A stretch of DNA of 64,000 nucleotides from Mizuhopecten yessoensis (lineage: Eukaryota), in contig NW_018406762.1 in the NCBI RefSeq assembly GCF_002113885.1, positions 1,390,834 through 1,454,833 of the forward strand, read 5' to 3'. The translations under genes were made by a program, and so were the position numbers. Shown here piece after piece: positions 12,959 to 25,984 of the stretch. Every line of letters starts with the position of its first letter. Position 1 is the first letter of the stretch. The notes under the pieces are model-generated. The model was not told the origin of the DNA. It made no database searches and was given only the letters and a program-made list of their open reading frames with translations.

Positions 12959-13972
12959 TTACAGTCGGATCACGTGTACGGTACCGTCCACACATCCGAT
13001 CCACACTTTCCCACATGTGTCCACACCCACCGATGTAGGTTTGGTCACTCCACGTTTCTGATCCAGGAGACACGAGGCCTGTGTACTATCTCTCGGTAGG
13101 ACATACATCTGACTGTTAGTGACATTTGGTACAAACAGTCTGTCGTACTTGTCACGTGGCATCGTACATATGTCCCTACTACCAACTTTTTGACCGTTGT
13201 TGAGTTCACCAGTCCATTTATATTTGGTTGTACCAGAACTGTCTGGTACGATTGATACATTATTTAAGTCCGACACTGCAATGTCTCCTGACGACAAACA
13301 TGTAATACACCGCCCATCCATTCCACACGGTACCTTCCTCACAATCGTACCTGCATGATTCAGTACCACTATGTCTGGTGTGTTTGTACTAACTAACACC
13401 TCATCCTTCTCGTTGATACTGATGTCGTATGCTCTATGTGGTCTGATGTCAGCAAATGTTGTCACTTGTTTGTTAGGTAGTGATAGTTTATATACAAATG
13501 TATTTACTGGGTTACTGGTCATAAGTATGTCTGTTGTCTCGACCATGGTGATTCTGTGCGGACAAAAGTCAAGTTTTACTGCCTCTTTGACCACACCCTC
13601 CCTGTTGATCAGTACCAGACCCTGGTATTCGTGTATTGATAACCACGCGTGACTGTCGTCGACTTGACTTATATCCAATATTTGATTTTGTTGCGAAACA
13701 GTAAACTTAGAGAGACGCTGAACGTGTTTACTGTCGATGTCTGTCTTCTCGTACTGGTCCCCGTGGTGTAATTCACCTAACATTTTCGTCAACAGGATGC
13801 GGTTGATATTTCCGAGAACAAAGCTTGGTTGTTTTGGTGAGACATGTTTCACCTTAACGTCATACAGAGGCAGAGTTGTCCTCAATAATATTTCCGTTTC
13901 AAATATGGATACACTAGATGTATCTGTCAGTTCCGCCTTTTTAAGCAGACGCGTCAGCTCTTCGACATTTTT
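12959..13972 (-). pseudogene. TRIM-like copy 2, 5'-truncated (end of coiled coil plus propeller only)
   Basis: Open frame homologous to copy 1 from KNVEELTRLL to the stop. Homology ends abruptly at 13972, with no B-boxes and no ATG at the junction. The AATAAA site is mutated (12861-12870 ggtatttttc). Confidence 0.85.
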
Positions 13973-14028
13973 GTTCAATCACCTTGAAAAAGGAGTTTAT
14001 GATATTTCCAAATGTGTAGCATACTTAC

Positions 14029-14510
14029 GGAAGCAGTTGATTGTGACCACCGTCCTGCTTGTCTTGATCATTCTTGTAAAAGGGAGTAGGTGTCATTCAC
14101 AGTCATAGCACTCTCTTTATTTTCAAATTGAAAATTTCATTCCCGAAGGTAAATGTGACACCTTACCTTTGTGTGGTAACCTCAATGTCCAAACTCATTT
14201 GAGCCCCGGACACCAGTTCCATTAATCTGTCATCATAGTCCAATTCTCTTCCATCTACTCGTAGAACAATGGCCCCATCACCAGGCGAACCAAAATTGTA
14301 TTGCCTAACGAACACCACCAACACCTAGTTTCATCAAAAGTAAACAACTCAGAAAGGAAGTTTAATCAAATAACTACGATGCAACGGATTTTACACTGGT
14401 CCTTTGATAAAAACTCACTCCCAAATTAGAACAGTAATGTTGAAGATGAGTTGATGGACTATAGCTCTTTCATCACCAGCAATGCCATTTTTGATCATTT
14501 ACACTTCATT
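14029..14510 (-). pseudogene. Decayed spliced gene fragment (3 putative exons, ubiquitin-like appearance)
   Basis: Minus-strand GT-AG bounded segments: ~14510-14419 (donor gtgagt), 14324-14167 (ctag| ... |gtaagg; 52 open codons VLVVFVRQYNFGSPGDGAIVLRVDGRELDYDDRLMELVSGAQMSLDIEV) and 14072-14029 (donor gtaagt). Both introns are 94 nt. Upstream stops and a 1-nt phase mismatch suggest decay. Confidence 0.4.
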
Positions 14511-16460
14511 TCTAGCTTAGATCCCTCTCATTGCAGATGAGACAGCCAAGGTCAACACTGTTACTGTACTGCTGGTACTCCGAGAACAAAATTCAAAAGC
14601 ATTCTTAGCTTGCGAATAAGTTTGTCTTACATTTATGAGTTTTAAATACGATTTTGAAATTCAACTTCTTATAAAAACATATAAAAGATTAGTTGGATTT
14701 GCGAGTGGTGATAAATAACAACCATTTATTACCGTTATGAAAATTCGTAAATTGCTTGATGCTTTCAGATCTATACAGTGAGTCCACGTTATGTTGAAGG
14801 TGGATGTTCGGTGTAAGTTATACTTAGTATAAGGGATACGGAACTATAAGATAACCTTGGCTATTTTCCGAATTGTTAAAATCATGAACCATCCCTATTT
14901 GTGAGGCGTCGACCTTATATATACGCGAATACATAACTATACTTTAATTACACCGACATAATGATTGCTTGTCTCTGTAACAAATATGTGGAAATTGGCA
15001 ACTCTGTAAGACACAACTTTTGTTTTGGTTACTCGAATTTTTAGGAGGAGGAGAGAATGGATTACTATTCGTTGTGATTGATCCGGTGAAACAACCGAAG
15101 ACTGTAATATAGAACATATCTGTCAGTGGCGAAATGATATCAGAGATGTATGGTTTGGGTGTTTGACCGGGGTAATTGTCTGATAAATTTCTGGTGGCTA
15201 ATAAAAGTTCTGCCCCGAAATTGTATCGAAGATACACGATTTCTATATTTATAATATGGAGGTGATATTTATATGATATAATATATTTACTTAATAACCT
15301 GATTTATCACACACCTGTTGAATATAACGAAAGGGATAAAGGCGATTGTCAGCCCATGAAATACAAGATCTTGTACTGAATACTCTTCAATACAGATGTT
15401 GCACTACCCTAGCAGTCGAGGTTTTTTTAGTTTTTTTTATAGGTAATACTAATTTTAATTTTCCATGACCTGGGTTTCAACAATCGTACAAGTATAGTGT
15501 CCTAGCACAATAGGATTCTCATTCAATGTACATTTACTCCATTCTATCGTGCATACATACACTCACACATGTATTCACATTTTTACACGCACACATACAT
15601 GCATAAATGTATATTCACATGAATACATGTATATCAATGTATTCCTACAATTTCTACATCGTTCTAACATTTTACATCGATACGTAGAGGTACATACAAA
15701 TGCTACTTACATTCCTTTCGTCCTTGATCTTTTTCTTCTTTTCAACTTTAAACAGTCACTCGTACATACATTCTTCTCTACTTATTTCCGTAAGCATAGA
15801 TACTTGAATATAAATGCATGAAGCTATTCATTTCCTCCTTTTAATCCTTTTCTTACTGACTATAGTTTTCTTACTCAACTTCTTCATAAATCATTTAGTC
15901 ATTATAATTAAATATAGTTTTTTTTTATAGATAACAAGGACAAGGTCAGTTTATTAGTTAGTTATCACACATTAATAGCCTGATCAATTGTATTCATCTT
16001 TTTACTGTATAAAACTAAGACGAACTGTAAACACATTATTATATACCACGGACATACGTCGAATTACTATAATGTAATACATAAAAAATTCACACGTACC
16101 AAACATTAATACAGTATGATATGGATAAAGTGTACGCTTCCGGTTGTTACAAACTCAATTATACATCCAATGTTTTTATCCCGGTTCAGTAGAACGCATG
16201 GTTTTTGTAAGTAAAAAATCATAATTCTTGTAAAAGTGTTCGATGTGTTGATATAAACAGCTTCTTTTTATCTTCCGGTGTTGTCTTAATGTTCCAAGTT
16301 TTGATTATCTGACAAGCAACAACACAGGTAAAGTGAGCGTCAGCCTCTCAATTCGGAGTCCCATATTACAAAAAGTTGTCAACCCCCCAACCCCCCTCCT
16401 TTCCTGCACTTATACCCTAAAATATGTTTATGGAAATGGTTCTATTTTATTGCTTTCATG

Positions 16461-17006
16461 TAAAAGGGGCTGGTCGGGGAAAAAGATACAAAATAAAATA
16501 AATGGGTCTAAATGCGTTCTCTGGCCTTCCAAATGTTATACCACGGCAATATGATGGTCGATATCTGCTTGCAATGTCCAGTTGTTGGCAGTGACGATAA
16601 CAACAATAACACGTCGTCTATCAGCCATGTCGGACTCAACTAGCGGACAAGACAGCAATACTATACGTAAATATTTGTTTTCAAAAGTCATGTATGATGC
16701 AAGTGTAGTATTCCTACCTATATGCCTGTCATGACTTTTGCATGTATCTTTTTCTATCGCCGCGATGTTTACATTTGGCCTTGTTGATGACGCGCATGCG
16801 GTAAAATTATATCACTGATCATGGTCAATTGAGAGTTTTAGACTGTCAGGTAACGATTTAGGATTTCTTTAATACAATTATAATTTTTACTCTTAGGGAG
16901 TGAATTTCAGCAAAATTTGAATCGGTATATTTCATAAGAAGGTATTTTAAACATGTGTATGCCATTTTAGCAAATATGACATTTTTCCCCCGACCAACCC
17001 CTTTAA
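16461..17006. mobile_element. Non-autonomous TIR DNA transposon (Kolobok-like MITE)
   Basis: Terminal inverted repeats taaaaggggctggtcggggaaaaa and tttttcccccgaccaacccctttaa. The (T)TAA-type ends with AGGG termini resemble Kolobok elements. Confidence 0.6.
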
Positions 17007-18064
17007 GTCAAACAAGTAAAGAGGTGTTTATTCGGTCAATTTTGTAATCAAACAATAAACAACGACAATACGTTATATGTTTAGCAAGCACCCCATTTAA
17101 AACGTATATCAATTAGCATGATAGCTTACTGGCGTATTTAAGCTTAACCCAGGAAATAGTTAAATGTAACCTCAGTAAGTATATTTAATGGGCAAGACAT
17201 GTCGGAATACAGTAAGGCGGGATTCAATTACAGTTATCAGTACTCGAAATCATATGTGATAGTATCGTTCTTTATAACAAAGTTTGATCGACTAACGTTT
17301 TATTACATGCTTGCTCAATCAATAGTGTACTCTTCATATCATCTTTATATCTCGCATGTAAACGCTTTGTATTCTGGCTTCCTTTTAAAATCGGTCCTGT
17401 TTTTCTATGGCGCTGGCGTTTTCTCTTTGTCAATCTTTACAATAGAGTACAAAAACAACACTAACATGTCAGTCTGAACACCTTTTTTTATTACAAAACT
17501 ATCCAATTTTGGTAGCAGCTAAAGATATTTTGTTGGCGTAAGCCGGAGAAACATGAGGCTCCCTAAAGGGGTAAATAAATGCCCGAACATTCTGCTATTG
17601 AAAATGTTACCAAGTTCGTGGTCTACCGACAAAGTAACCGTTTTATCAGCTAAGCATCGACAACACTAACTAAAATGCAATGTCATTTTCTTCCATTATG
17701 TCCATCAAGTCAGTCCGCTTGTCTGTAATGTCTGTTTTGTGAAAGATCTCATTTATTTGTTATTTAGTACGGCTTTGTTTGATGGTATTAAAGATATCTA
17801 CATGAACATGGCCTTCGCCTTGTAATTATATACACAGATTCGTTATTTTTTTCATGGGAGTCTTAATTACACAAGAACTATTTTTATGAATACATCAATA
17901 ATAAGATTCATTTCGCTTGGAAAGCATCGACTTGATTTTAACAAATTTAACTGTTACAAATTATACAACAAAGGCTGGACACAAGTTAAAGTAACCTCAA
18001 AATCTCTTCTCCTATTCTTCATTTATATGTAGAAAGGATAGAACACCATTTAAGTCAAAAAATG

Positions 18065-18097
<33 letters not shown>

Positions 18098-19014
18098 ATA
18101 TTAGTCTGAGCCTTTGATATACATCAAAATAGTCATGCGGCAACGTAACGGGAAAATTGAGACAAATCCAACAGCTACCTTCGTGCTTTAAATTCCACTA
18201 TGACATATTCCACGGCTGCAGAGATCGTAAGTGAGCGAAACTCCAAGAGTATCGAGGGGGCCTCCCAAAAGACAATGTTTATGATGTTTCGACATTTAAA
18301 CTGGAAAGCTCGTGCTCACGCTTTTAATTTCGTTGGCTAGTTATTATTGGTTTGCTTTCCGAGACGATAGATAGTTTACATATGACGTCCACATACCAAA
18401 GGCGTAAACAATTCTATTACAAATATTGACAAAAAAGCGGGAAATTAAATACTCATGACTTAATTTCTAGTTTTTCGTGTAGTTTCTTGTCTGTCTAATC
18501 CGTCAGTAAACTAACAGGAATGTTGGTCATGAGTTCTTTCCTCATTTGTTTCAGTTCATGAAAATTTCGCTTATTAAATAATCGCTTTAGATGGATAATC
18601 AGTCACACCGGGCCTGCGACCAGGATACGATCTAGCTGCGACTGAAAAATGTTGGAATCGCAGGCAAATCGTAGAACAATCGTGCGTTCTATGACACTAA
18701 AATGGAACAAAAGACAATATTATTTGTTTTGAAATTCACTTCAACTAAGAGAATTTTTGATGCCCCACATCATTGCCCCCCTCCCCCCTTCCATCAAATA
18801 TTGAAGCAGCTTAGAATAGTAGATGGCGCATCAATACACATTTGAGATATTTAGTGGATTTTACAAATATCACGACGACATTCTCGAAAAGAAATTTATA
18901 TTTATTTAGGACAGGAAAGGAAAATAAGATAAATAAAATAAAAATAAAATTAGGCAAAATGAACTCTGATATACGAACTTACTTTTGTATGTAGTGCAGA
19001 TGAAGCAAGCAGAT

Positions 19015-19250
19015 GGATTTTATAGCTTCGAATTACTTCCCTGTTTACGAAGGAATCTCCTATGTTATAGCTTCGAGTTACTTCCCTGTGTAGGAATCTC
19101 TTATTTTATAGCTTCGAGTTACTTCCCTACGTAGGAATCTCTTATTTTATCGCTTCGAGTTACTTCCCTGTCTACGTAAGAATCTCTTATTTTATAGCTT
19201 CGAGTTACATCCCTGTCTACGTAGGAATCTTTTATTTTATAGCTTATAGG
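19015..19250. repeat. ~45-bp minisatellite, ~5-6 units
   Basis: tatagcttcgagttacttccctgtctacgtaggaatctcttattt in tandem; single unit at paralogous sites ~4781-4830 and ~32478-32515. Confidence 0.85.
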
Positions 19251-19690
19251 AATATCGGTGCTCATTTCTTGGATGGAAGTATTAACGTAGTAAAAAAAAC
19301 AAATATTTACATCAGTAACAGTGGTAATAATGGAATTTAACTAATTGCTACCCTCAAATAAATAACAAACAATACTATTTTCTGACTGATTCTTTCTCTC
19401 TTCCCCTTCTCTTTAACTATCTCTTCATGTGTGCATATGATTAATTACGTTGTGCAAAAATGATCAGTTCAATAATCAGACATTGTCGGTTCAAAAACCT
19501 TATTACTTTGAAATGTGTTTTTTCCCACAAATGTCATTAACACCAATTGATCAATTGTTCGAATGTCTCTACAAAAATAATCGATATTTGAGGGTATTTA
19601 TCAGACATTGATGAATTGTTTGTGATGATATTTACATAATGTAGTATTGTACCACGAGGTCAAGTGTTCATCATGTACTCTTTCCTCCTG

Positions 19691-21312
19691 TTACAGTCTC
19701 ATCACGTGTACGGTACCGTTCAAACACCCGATCCACACGTTCCCACACTTGTCCACACCCACTGCTGTAGGACTGACCACTCCATGTTTCTCGTCCAGGA
19801 GACACGTGGCCTGTGTACTATCTCTCGGTAGGACATACACCTGATCGTTTTTGTAGTCTAGCACTAACAGTCTGTTGTACTTGTCACGTGATATATTATG
19901 GAGTGACCTACTACCGACATTATGACCATTGTTGAGTTCACCAGTCCATTTATATTTGGTTGTACCAGATCTGTCTGTTATGATTGATACATTTGTATAG
20001 TCCGACACTGCAATGTCTCCTGACGACAAACATGTAATAAACCGCCCATTCATTCCACACGTCACCTTCCTCACAATCGTACCTGACTGATTCAGTACCA
20101 CTATGTCTGGTGTGTTTGTACTAACAAACACCTCGTCCCTCTCGTTGATACTGATGTCATGTGGTTCATGTGGCTTGATGTCAGCAAATGTTGTCACTTG
20201 TGTGTTGTGTAGTGATAGTTTATATACAAATGTACTATCATCAGAACAGCTCATAAGTATGTCTGTTGTCCCGACCATGGCTATTCTGTACAGACAAAAG
20301 TCCAGTTTTACTGTCTCTATGACCACACCCTCCCTGTTGATCAGTACCAGACCATGGTATTGGTCTATTGATAACCACGCGTGACTGTCGTCGACTGGAC
20401 ATATACTCCGTATTTCATTTCGTTGAGTAACAGTAATCTTCGAGAGACGTTGAACGTGTTTACTGTCGATGTCTGTCTTTTCGTACTGGTTCCCGTGGTG
20501 TAATTCACCTAACATTTTCGTCAACAGGACGCGGTTAATACTTCCGGTAACAAAGCTTGGTTGTTTTGGTGAAACATGTTTCATACTATATATTCATACA
20601 GGGGCAGAGTTTTCCTCAATGACATTTCCGTTTCAAATATGGATACACTAGATGTATCTGTCAGTTCCGCCTTTTCAAGCAGACGCGTCAGCTCTTCGAC
20701 ATTTTTCTCCGATCGTTGAATATCTTTCTTGTACAGCAGTGATTCTTCTTTTTCTAAAGATGCTAACTCGGCCAGGACTGCTTCCGCGACATAATCTACT
20801 TCTGCCTTTAACTTAGTCCTCTGTGAGTTTACCTCTTTCCTCGTTGTATCAATGTTGTCTTTGAATGTTTTGTTCACGCGATGTCGCTCTGACGTGTCGT
20901 TCTTGAAATGTGCTATTTTATCAGTTATCGTTGTCATATGTTCCTTAAAATGTCCCTTTTTGACAGACAGTTCGTCTTCAAAAAGTTTCCAGTTGTGCTG
21001 ATCATGACGTTTAGAAAAACATGTCGAAGAAATCAACTCGTTGCAGTCCGAGCAGAAAAAATCACACAGTTTACCGGGATGGCGTTTACATACCTCTGGC
21101 ACAGGTAAGTGGTCCTGACGGTTAGCCTCCCCGATCGACACGACGTCATCGTTTTTAGTTTTCCTTCCGCGTGTATGGGTTTCCTTACACCGGTCACATA
21201 AATTCTCCTGACAATCGTTACAATACCATCTTACCCCGTCTTCACTGTCACACAAATCACACGTGTAGGTGACAGGTTCCTGTGCACGCCGTACGGATCT
21301 GTTACTTGCCAT
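19691..21312 (-). pseudogene. TRIM-like copy 3, full length with a +2 frameshift at the coiled-coil/propeller hinge
   Basis: The span is 1622 nt versus 1620. The 7-nt cttaacg is replaced by the 9-nt actatatat at ~20585-20593, giving ORFs 20581..21312 (243 aa) and 19691..20584 (297 aa). A B-box2 Cys is also lost (ELISSTC versus ELICSTC). Confidence 0.85.
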
Positions 21313-22603
21313 GGTGTTGGCCCCTTCACAGAACACGACAACACTTAACACCCAAACTGTGAAATGCCACCATTTTGTTGTTAGCTTTAACTGTACACTC
21401 CCTTGTTCCGGGTATATCAATGTGATGAAACCGACCGACACGTATGAGGTCCCGGACTCCTGGCGTTAGGCCAAAAACATAGATAAGTGTGTGCATTATA
21501 AACATACGTTACATTATACAGTAGATAATGTAATGAAGTTAACTTTTTACCTGTAGCTATCGTTTACCGTGTTTAATAACAGACAGTTAATGGCCTAGAA
21601 GAAAAAGAAGAAAAAAATACATTGCACAAAGCTACATTGACACAACTGTCAAAAATCTATAAGGGGAGGCAGACAAGTGACATTGACCTTATAATTAAAC
21701 GTTCAAGGTACTAATCACAGTCAGTGTTACTTGAAGTATTACATAACAATAGGTTAAGAGATCTCAGGGTTCGAAATTGACATCTGCGTGGTATTTCATA
21801 AAATGATAAAATAATAATAATAATTCGAGGTTCTTATGTACCGCTCTATCACGACCTAGGTCGTAGGCCGTTTAAAGACGGTTCACAAATTTTGATTTTT
21901 TGTTATGATATTCATCTCTTGATGGAATAAATAGTAACTTTCAAATCTTAACTTCTGTCAAGTATGTCAATTAATGAAGAAAATACGTGACATTCATCGC
22001 TCTTGTACAGTTTTAAAATGTCAACATCTGACACATTTGTGTCGAACATGGAAGAGTATGTCGTTGATAAATTTTAAAGCATATCATAATATTTTCCAAA
22101 AGAAGAACATCTTAATTTTTTGTTGAAAATTTTAGTCGTGTACATGAAGAAAACCAGAAATATCTCAAATTGACTGATTTATGACGGATTTTGCATTCCA
22201 GAGCCCCCGGCNCCCCCCACCCTCCTCTTGAGGCCTCAATATATTCCTGTGTCGGTTCCAATGCAACTGTATCAAACAAAAACACATGAAAAAGGAGAGT
22301 TATTATTCATGACACAGCGTTAAGTTCTCGTACTGAGTCAAAACCACAATGCAGATCTGTCACACGAGTTATTTCCCGTAAGACAGTCACCAAGTGATCA
22401 TAAACTACTGCAATGTCGTTGGCAAAACAGAAGAAATATAAAGGTGATATTATGTATCAAATAATAGGATTAAAGATAAAAATATACCGTCTGAAATGTC
22501 TCGGTGAAGAGAATGAAAAAAGGTCAATTGAAAAAACCAATTGAGATATCAAGCTTACTTATAATGCCTTTCAGAGCAAAGCAATAACAAGTATAAAATT
22601 ATT

Positions 22604-25600
22604 TCAATTTCAACATACTTGATTGACAAAGAAGAATGTTACACTGTCAAAAGGATTGGATAACAGGCTTATAGCCTTTATAAATCCTCTCCATTCGTGG
22701 TAGATATATGGACATAATGGATTGATATTATAATTATAAAGATTTTGCTTACTGTCAATAATTAATCATTGGAAATAGGTAACATAATTGACGTTAGAAC
22801 CTGTTTTTAGACAATATGTTGCCATAAAAAATTAATGTACAGTACTGTTCATTTCTAAACCTCATGCAGCGGATGTAAGATAATATGATATATACATAAC
22901 TATTTAGTAACGGATACAATATGAATATGGACGAATTGGCCCGATGATTTAATCTCTAGTACATATACTATTTAATTATGATACATTTTATTTTGCCGTA
23001 ATAAATTTGTGTATCCATTATATAGGGTCTGCACATTTTGGTATAGAGAAGAATTGCAGGTATATAAAGTCCATAGAAAGTTATATATAATGATATGATC
23101 ACAAAATAAATTGCTTAAAATTTCGATTATATTTCTTATAGATATTGTCTATAGTTCTACTGCCAGTTATGTACTTAAGTATTATTAGATATTTACATAA
23201 TTAACAGGTTATTATACAAAGTACGGAATGGAAGGGGGATAACTCCCAAAACATAGTGTATTAATTAGATTCAGTCTACAATGTAGGTAAGATATATATA
23301 TATATATTTGTCATAGACCGCATATAGTTTACAAACAATTGCAAGCTTTAATATCAGATTGAAGACCGCACAGTCCTTGTGTTACGTTTAGGTCCTCAAC
23401 TGAACACTGTACAGGATCCAGAGCAAATCTTATTGCAGTATAAATTCACAGTAATGCATTTGAGTATATATATGGTAAAATTGCAGATCTTAAGTACCTA
23501 CACTAGAAATTAAAGATATAAGGAGTTTAGGAGAATATAAGAGGAAAGCATAACAATATCATGATAACCAGCCATAGAGGCACTCTTGCACGAATGTATG
23601 TTGTTTTTATAAATAAGTGTTATTATCTACAAATATATATAGTATGTATGTATATATAATTACTCAACATGTATGAAATTGCATGGTATTATACTCGATA
23701 TTCAACAAATCTTTTAGTTTTAGCTATATATTTTAGGACAGAGTTAAGAATTTCCATATTAACACCTTCGTTACATATTTGACAATATACAATGTAGTAA
23801 GTTGGTAAGATGAAAGTGGTAATGGTTTCCAATAAGTTCAAGTTCATTTTTTAGTAATGCTCTTTGAACTGAAAACAGGGGACAGTGAAGAAAAAAAATG
23901 TGAGACAGTTTCATGGTTTAAATCACAAGCACACAGAATTTTCTTTTAAATGATCAATATATAGGTCAAAATTTAAGTTGCTACATTCATTTCTAAGCTG
24001 AAAAAGCTTTATTTTTGAATATATCTGAAACACTCACATCTTCCTCTTCACTGACATTTGACATGTATGTTTAAAAGTTTCTTAAAATTGTTAATAAAGG
24101 TTGCTTGTACTGTAGTAGGTGAGAGTTTATTAAACTCTCGGAGCATTGAAGAAAAAACTATGAGTATATAGTTACATTGTATTTGATCTACAGAGTGGAG
24201 GGCTAAATATTCTATTTCTATGCAATGAGTGTATATTTGCTTCATTATTGTTAATAAAAGTGTTAATTGTTTCTTGCAAGTATAAAGGTGCATGGCCATG
24301 TAGTATTTTGTACATTAGGATCAATTGATGATTTTTTCGACGAATTTCTAATGTTTCCAATCTTTATTCCATATAAAATAAATAACGTAATGTTCCTCTT
24401 CTCAGCCCTGTTATAATTCTTGCTGATTCGAATGTGGATAGATTCTAGTAAATGTTTTAGTTGGGTTGTACAATTATTCCAAATTACAGCAGCATATTCA
24501 AGTAAAGGTCTTATGAATGCAAAATATATTTTTATTCGAGTTTCTCTGCTACATGTAAGTTTATATTTCAAACAGCCTAGTATATTTATTCTAGCATATG
24601 CTTTTTTATATATGGGATTCCCAGGTACCATTTTCATGAAGAGTATTTCTGAGTGGATTCATTAGAAATTACATTATTTTGAAACAAAATTGGTGGTATA
24701 GCAATTTCTTTTTTTCCTGGAAAACAATACAGATTTTGTTTTTGTTGGATTGAAATGTATATCCCATAGTTTAGCCCATGCACTAATATTTTTTAAATCA
24801 TTTGTAAGAAATTGTGCTGACTGATCAGGATTGTTATCAACAATAACATATAGAGAGGTGTCATCAGCAAAATGTTTTACTTTACTTGAACAAAGGTCAG
24901 TAATATCATTTATATATAATAAAAACAATAACGACCCAGAACTGATCCCTGGGGGATTCCTGGACAACTTCAGTACTTGAAAGGTGGGAGGTTGGTTGCA
25001 GAAAATGAAGATTAACAGTAATGTCCTCTACTAATAAAATATCTAGAGAAAGGTCTGATGCTTTTTCAAGAATGCTATCAAGTTTCGTCCAAAATTCAAC
25101 ATTTGAATCAGGAGGCCTGTATAGACAGCCTAATAAAAATATATGTTTGTTGATAGTGACTTCAAACAATAGTAGCTCAATATCATATATTCTAAGATCA
25201 TGTCTCCTTTTGGTTAAAACAGAATCTTTATAATAGACCAGTACGCCACCTCCCTGTCTGTTAAGTCTGTCTTTTCTATGAGGATTTATCGAATGAGAAT
25301 CAATAATAATATCACTGTTTGGGATTTCAGGTTTAAGATGCGATTCAGTGATACAGATAATGTCATTGTTATTTAGTTCAGCTTCAATTAAGTAAGTTTT
25401 ATTACGTACTGATCGAGAATTTAAATGGACAATATCGAGATTTCCTAAGGAACCAGGGTTTTCCTCTTTATCAGACGATACTGTCAATAACTTGAGAATG
25501 ATACTGTGTATAACTGATAGCGACAATCGGGATAAGTATAAATTAAAATTCGATAGCCTGAATAGGAAATGTATCTTATTAAGTAGATACTAACGAGAAA

Positions 25601-25780
25601 TGGACAGATAAAGGAACACACCACATGTACAATGGTATTCCGAAGTACGGTTTTAAATGTGGTTATCAGTACTATACCGTAGTATACGGTGAAACTACTA
25701 TATAGGCATTGGGGTTGAGCTTGTCCAAAACAGACTATCTCTGAGTTAATCAATTAATTGAAAGGACTGCGAATCATATA
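22604..25780 (-). mobile_element. Decayed CR1/L2-group non-LTR retrotransposon (APE endonuclease, partial RT, 3' tail)
   Basis: Endonuclease motifs HLNSRSVRNK, IICITESHL, RKDRLNRQGGGVLVY and GCLYRPPDS; RT motifs GIPQGSVLG..LFLLYINDI, HFADDTSLY and FNPTKT; C-terminal IYFAFIRPLLEYAAVIW. It has many frameshifts and most of the RT N-half is deleted near 24985. A CR1-like 3' end (ggagaggattt...ccaatccttttg) lies at ~22610-22692, where homology to paralog 51420-51448 stops. Confidence 0.85.
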
Positions 25781-25984
25781 TAATTCAAATACTTTTTTGA
25801 ATTTCATAGTACTTGAGTATCTAATTTATCTGGAGGTTCTTCTCCAGGATAGTTTCAAATATCTCAAACATAATATATCTATTAGCATGAAATAATACAT
25901 AGACTTTCATATACGAAAAATGGGGATAACGTCTGAATGTGGATGTACTCTATGTATGTCCTAGCAAACCTGTTTTTTTTGTGA

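Noticed and set aside
15420-16090. Possible minus-strand LINE 3' end with poly(A) and decayed ORF tail
   Set aside because: No recognisable protein motif could be recovered by eye, so it is too weak to call.
21313-21441. N-terminal extensions on TRIM ORFs in the ORF track (also 8090-8107 and 46219-46242)
   Set aside because: They begin at non-ATG codons and are not conserved among copies; the shared ATG has a strong Kozak context.
22205-22222. Single N bases in homopolymer contexts (22212 and 41130)
   Set aside because: Assembly ambiguity rather than biology. They are noted as a caution that contig joins could affect the inferred array order.
19691-25780. Diversity-generating retroelement (RT plus variable target genes)
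   Set aside because: The RT is a decayed, internally deleted LINE with an APE domain. I see no template/variable repeat pair or evident adenine-specific substitution pattern.
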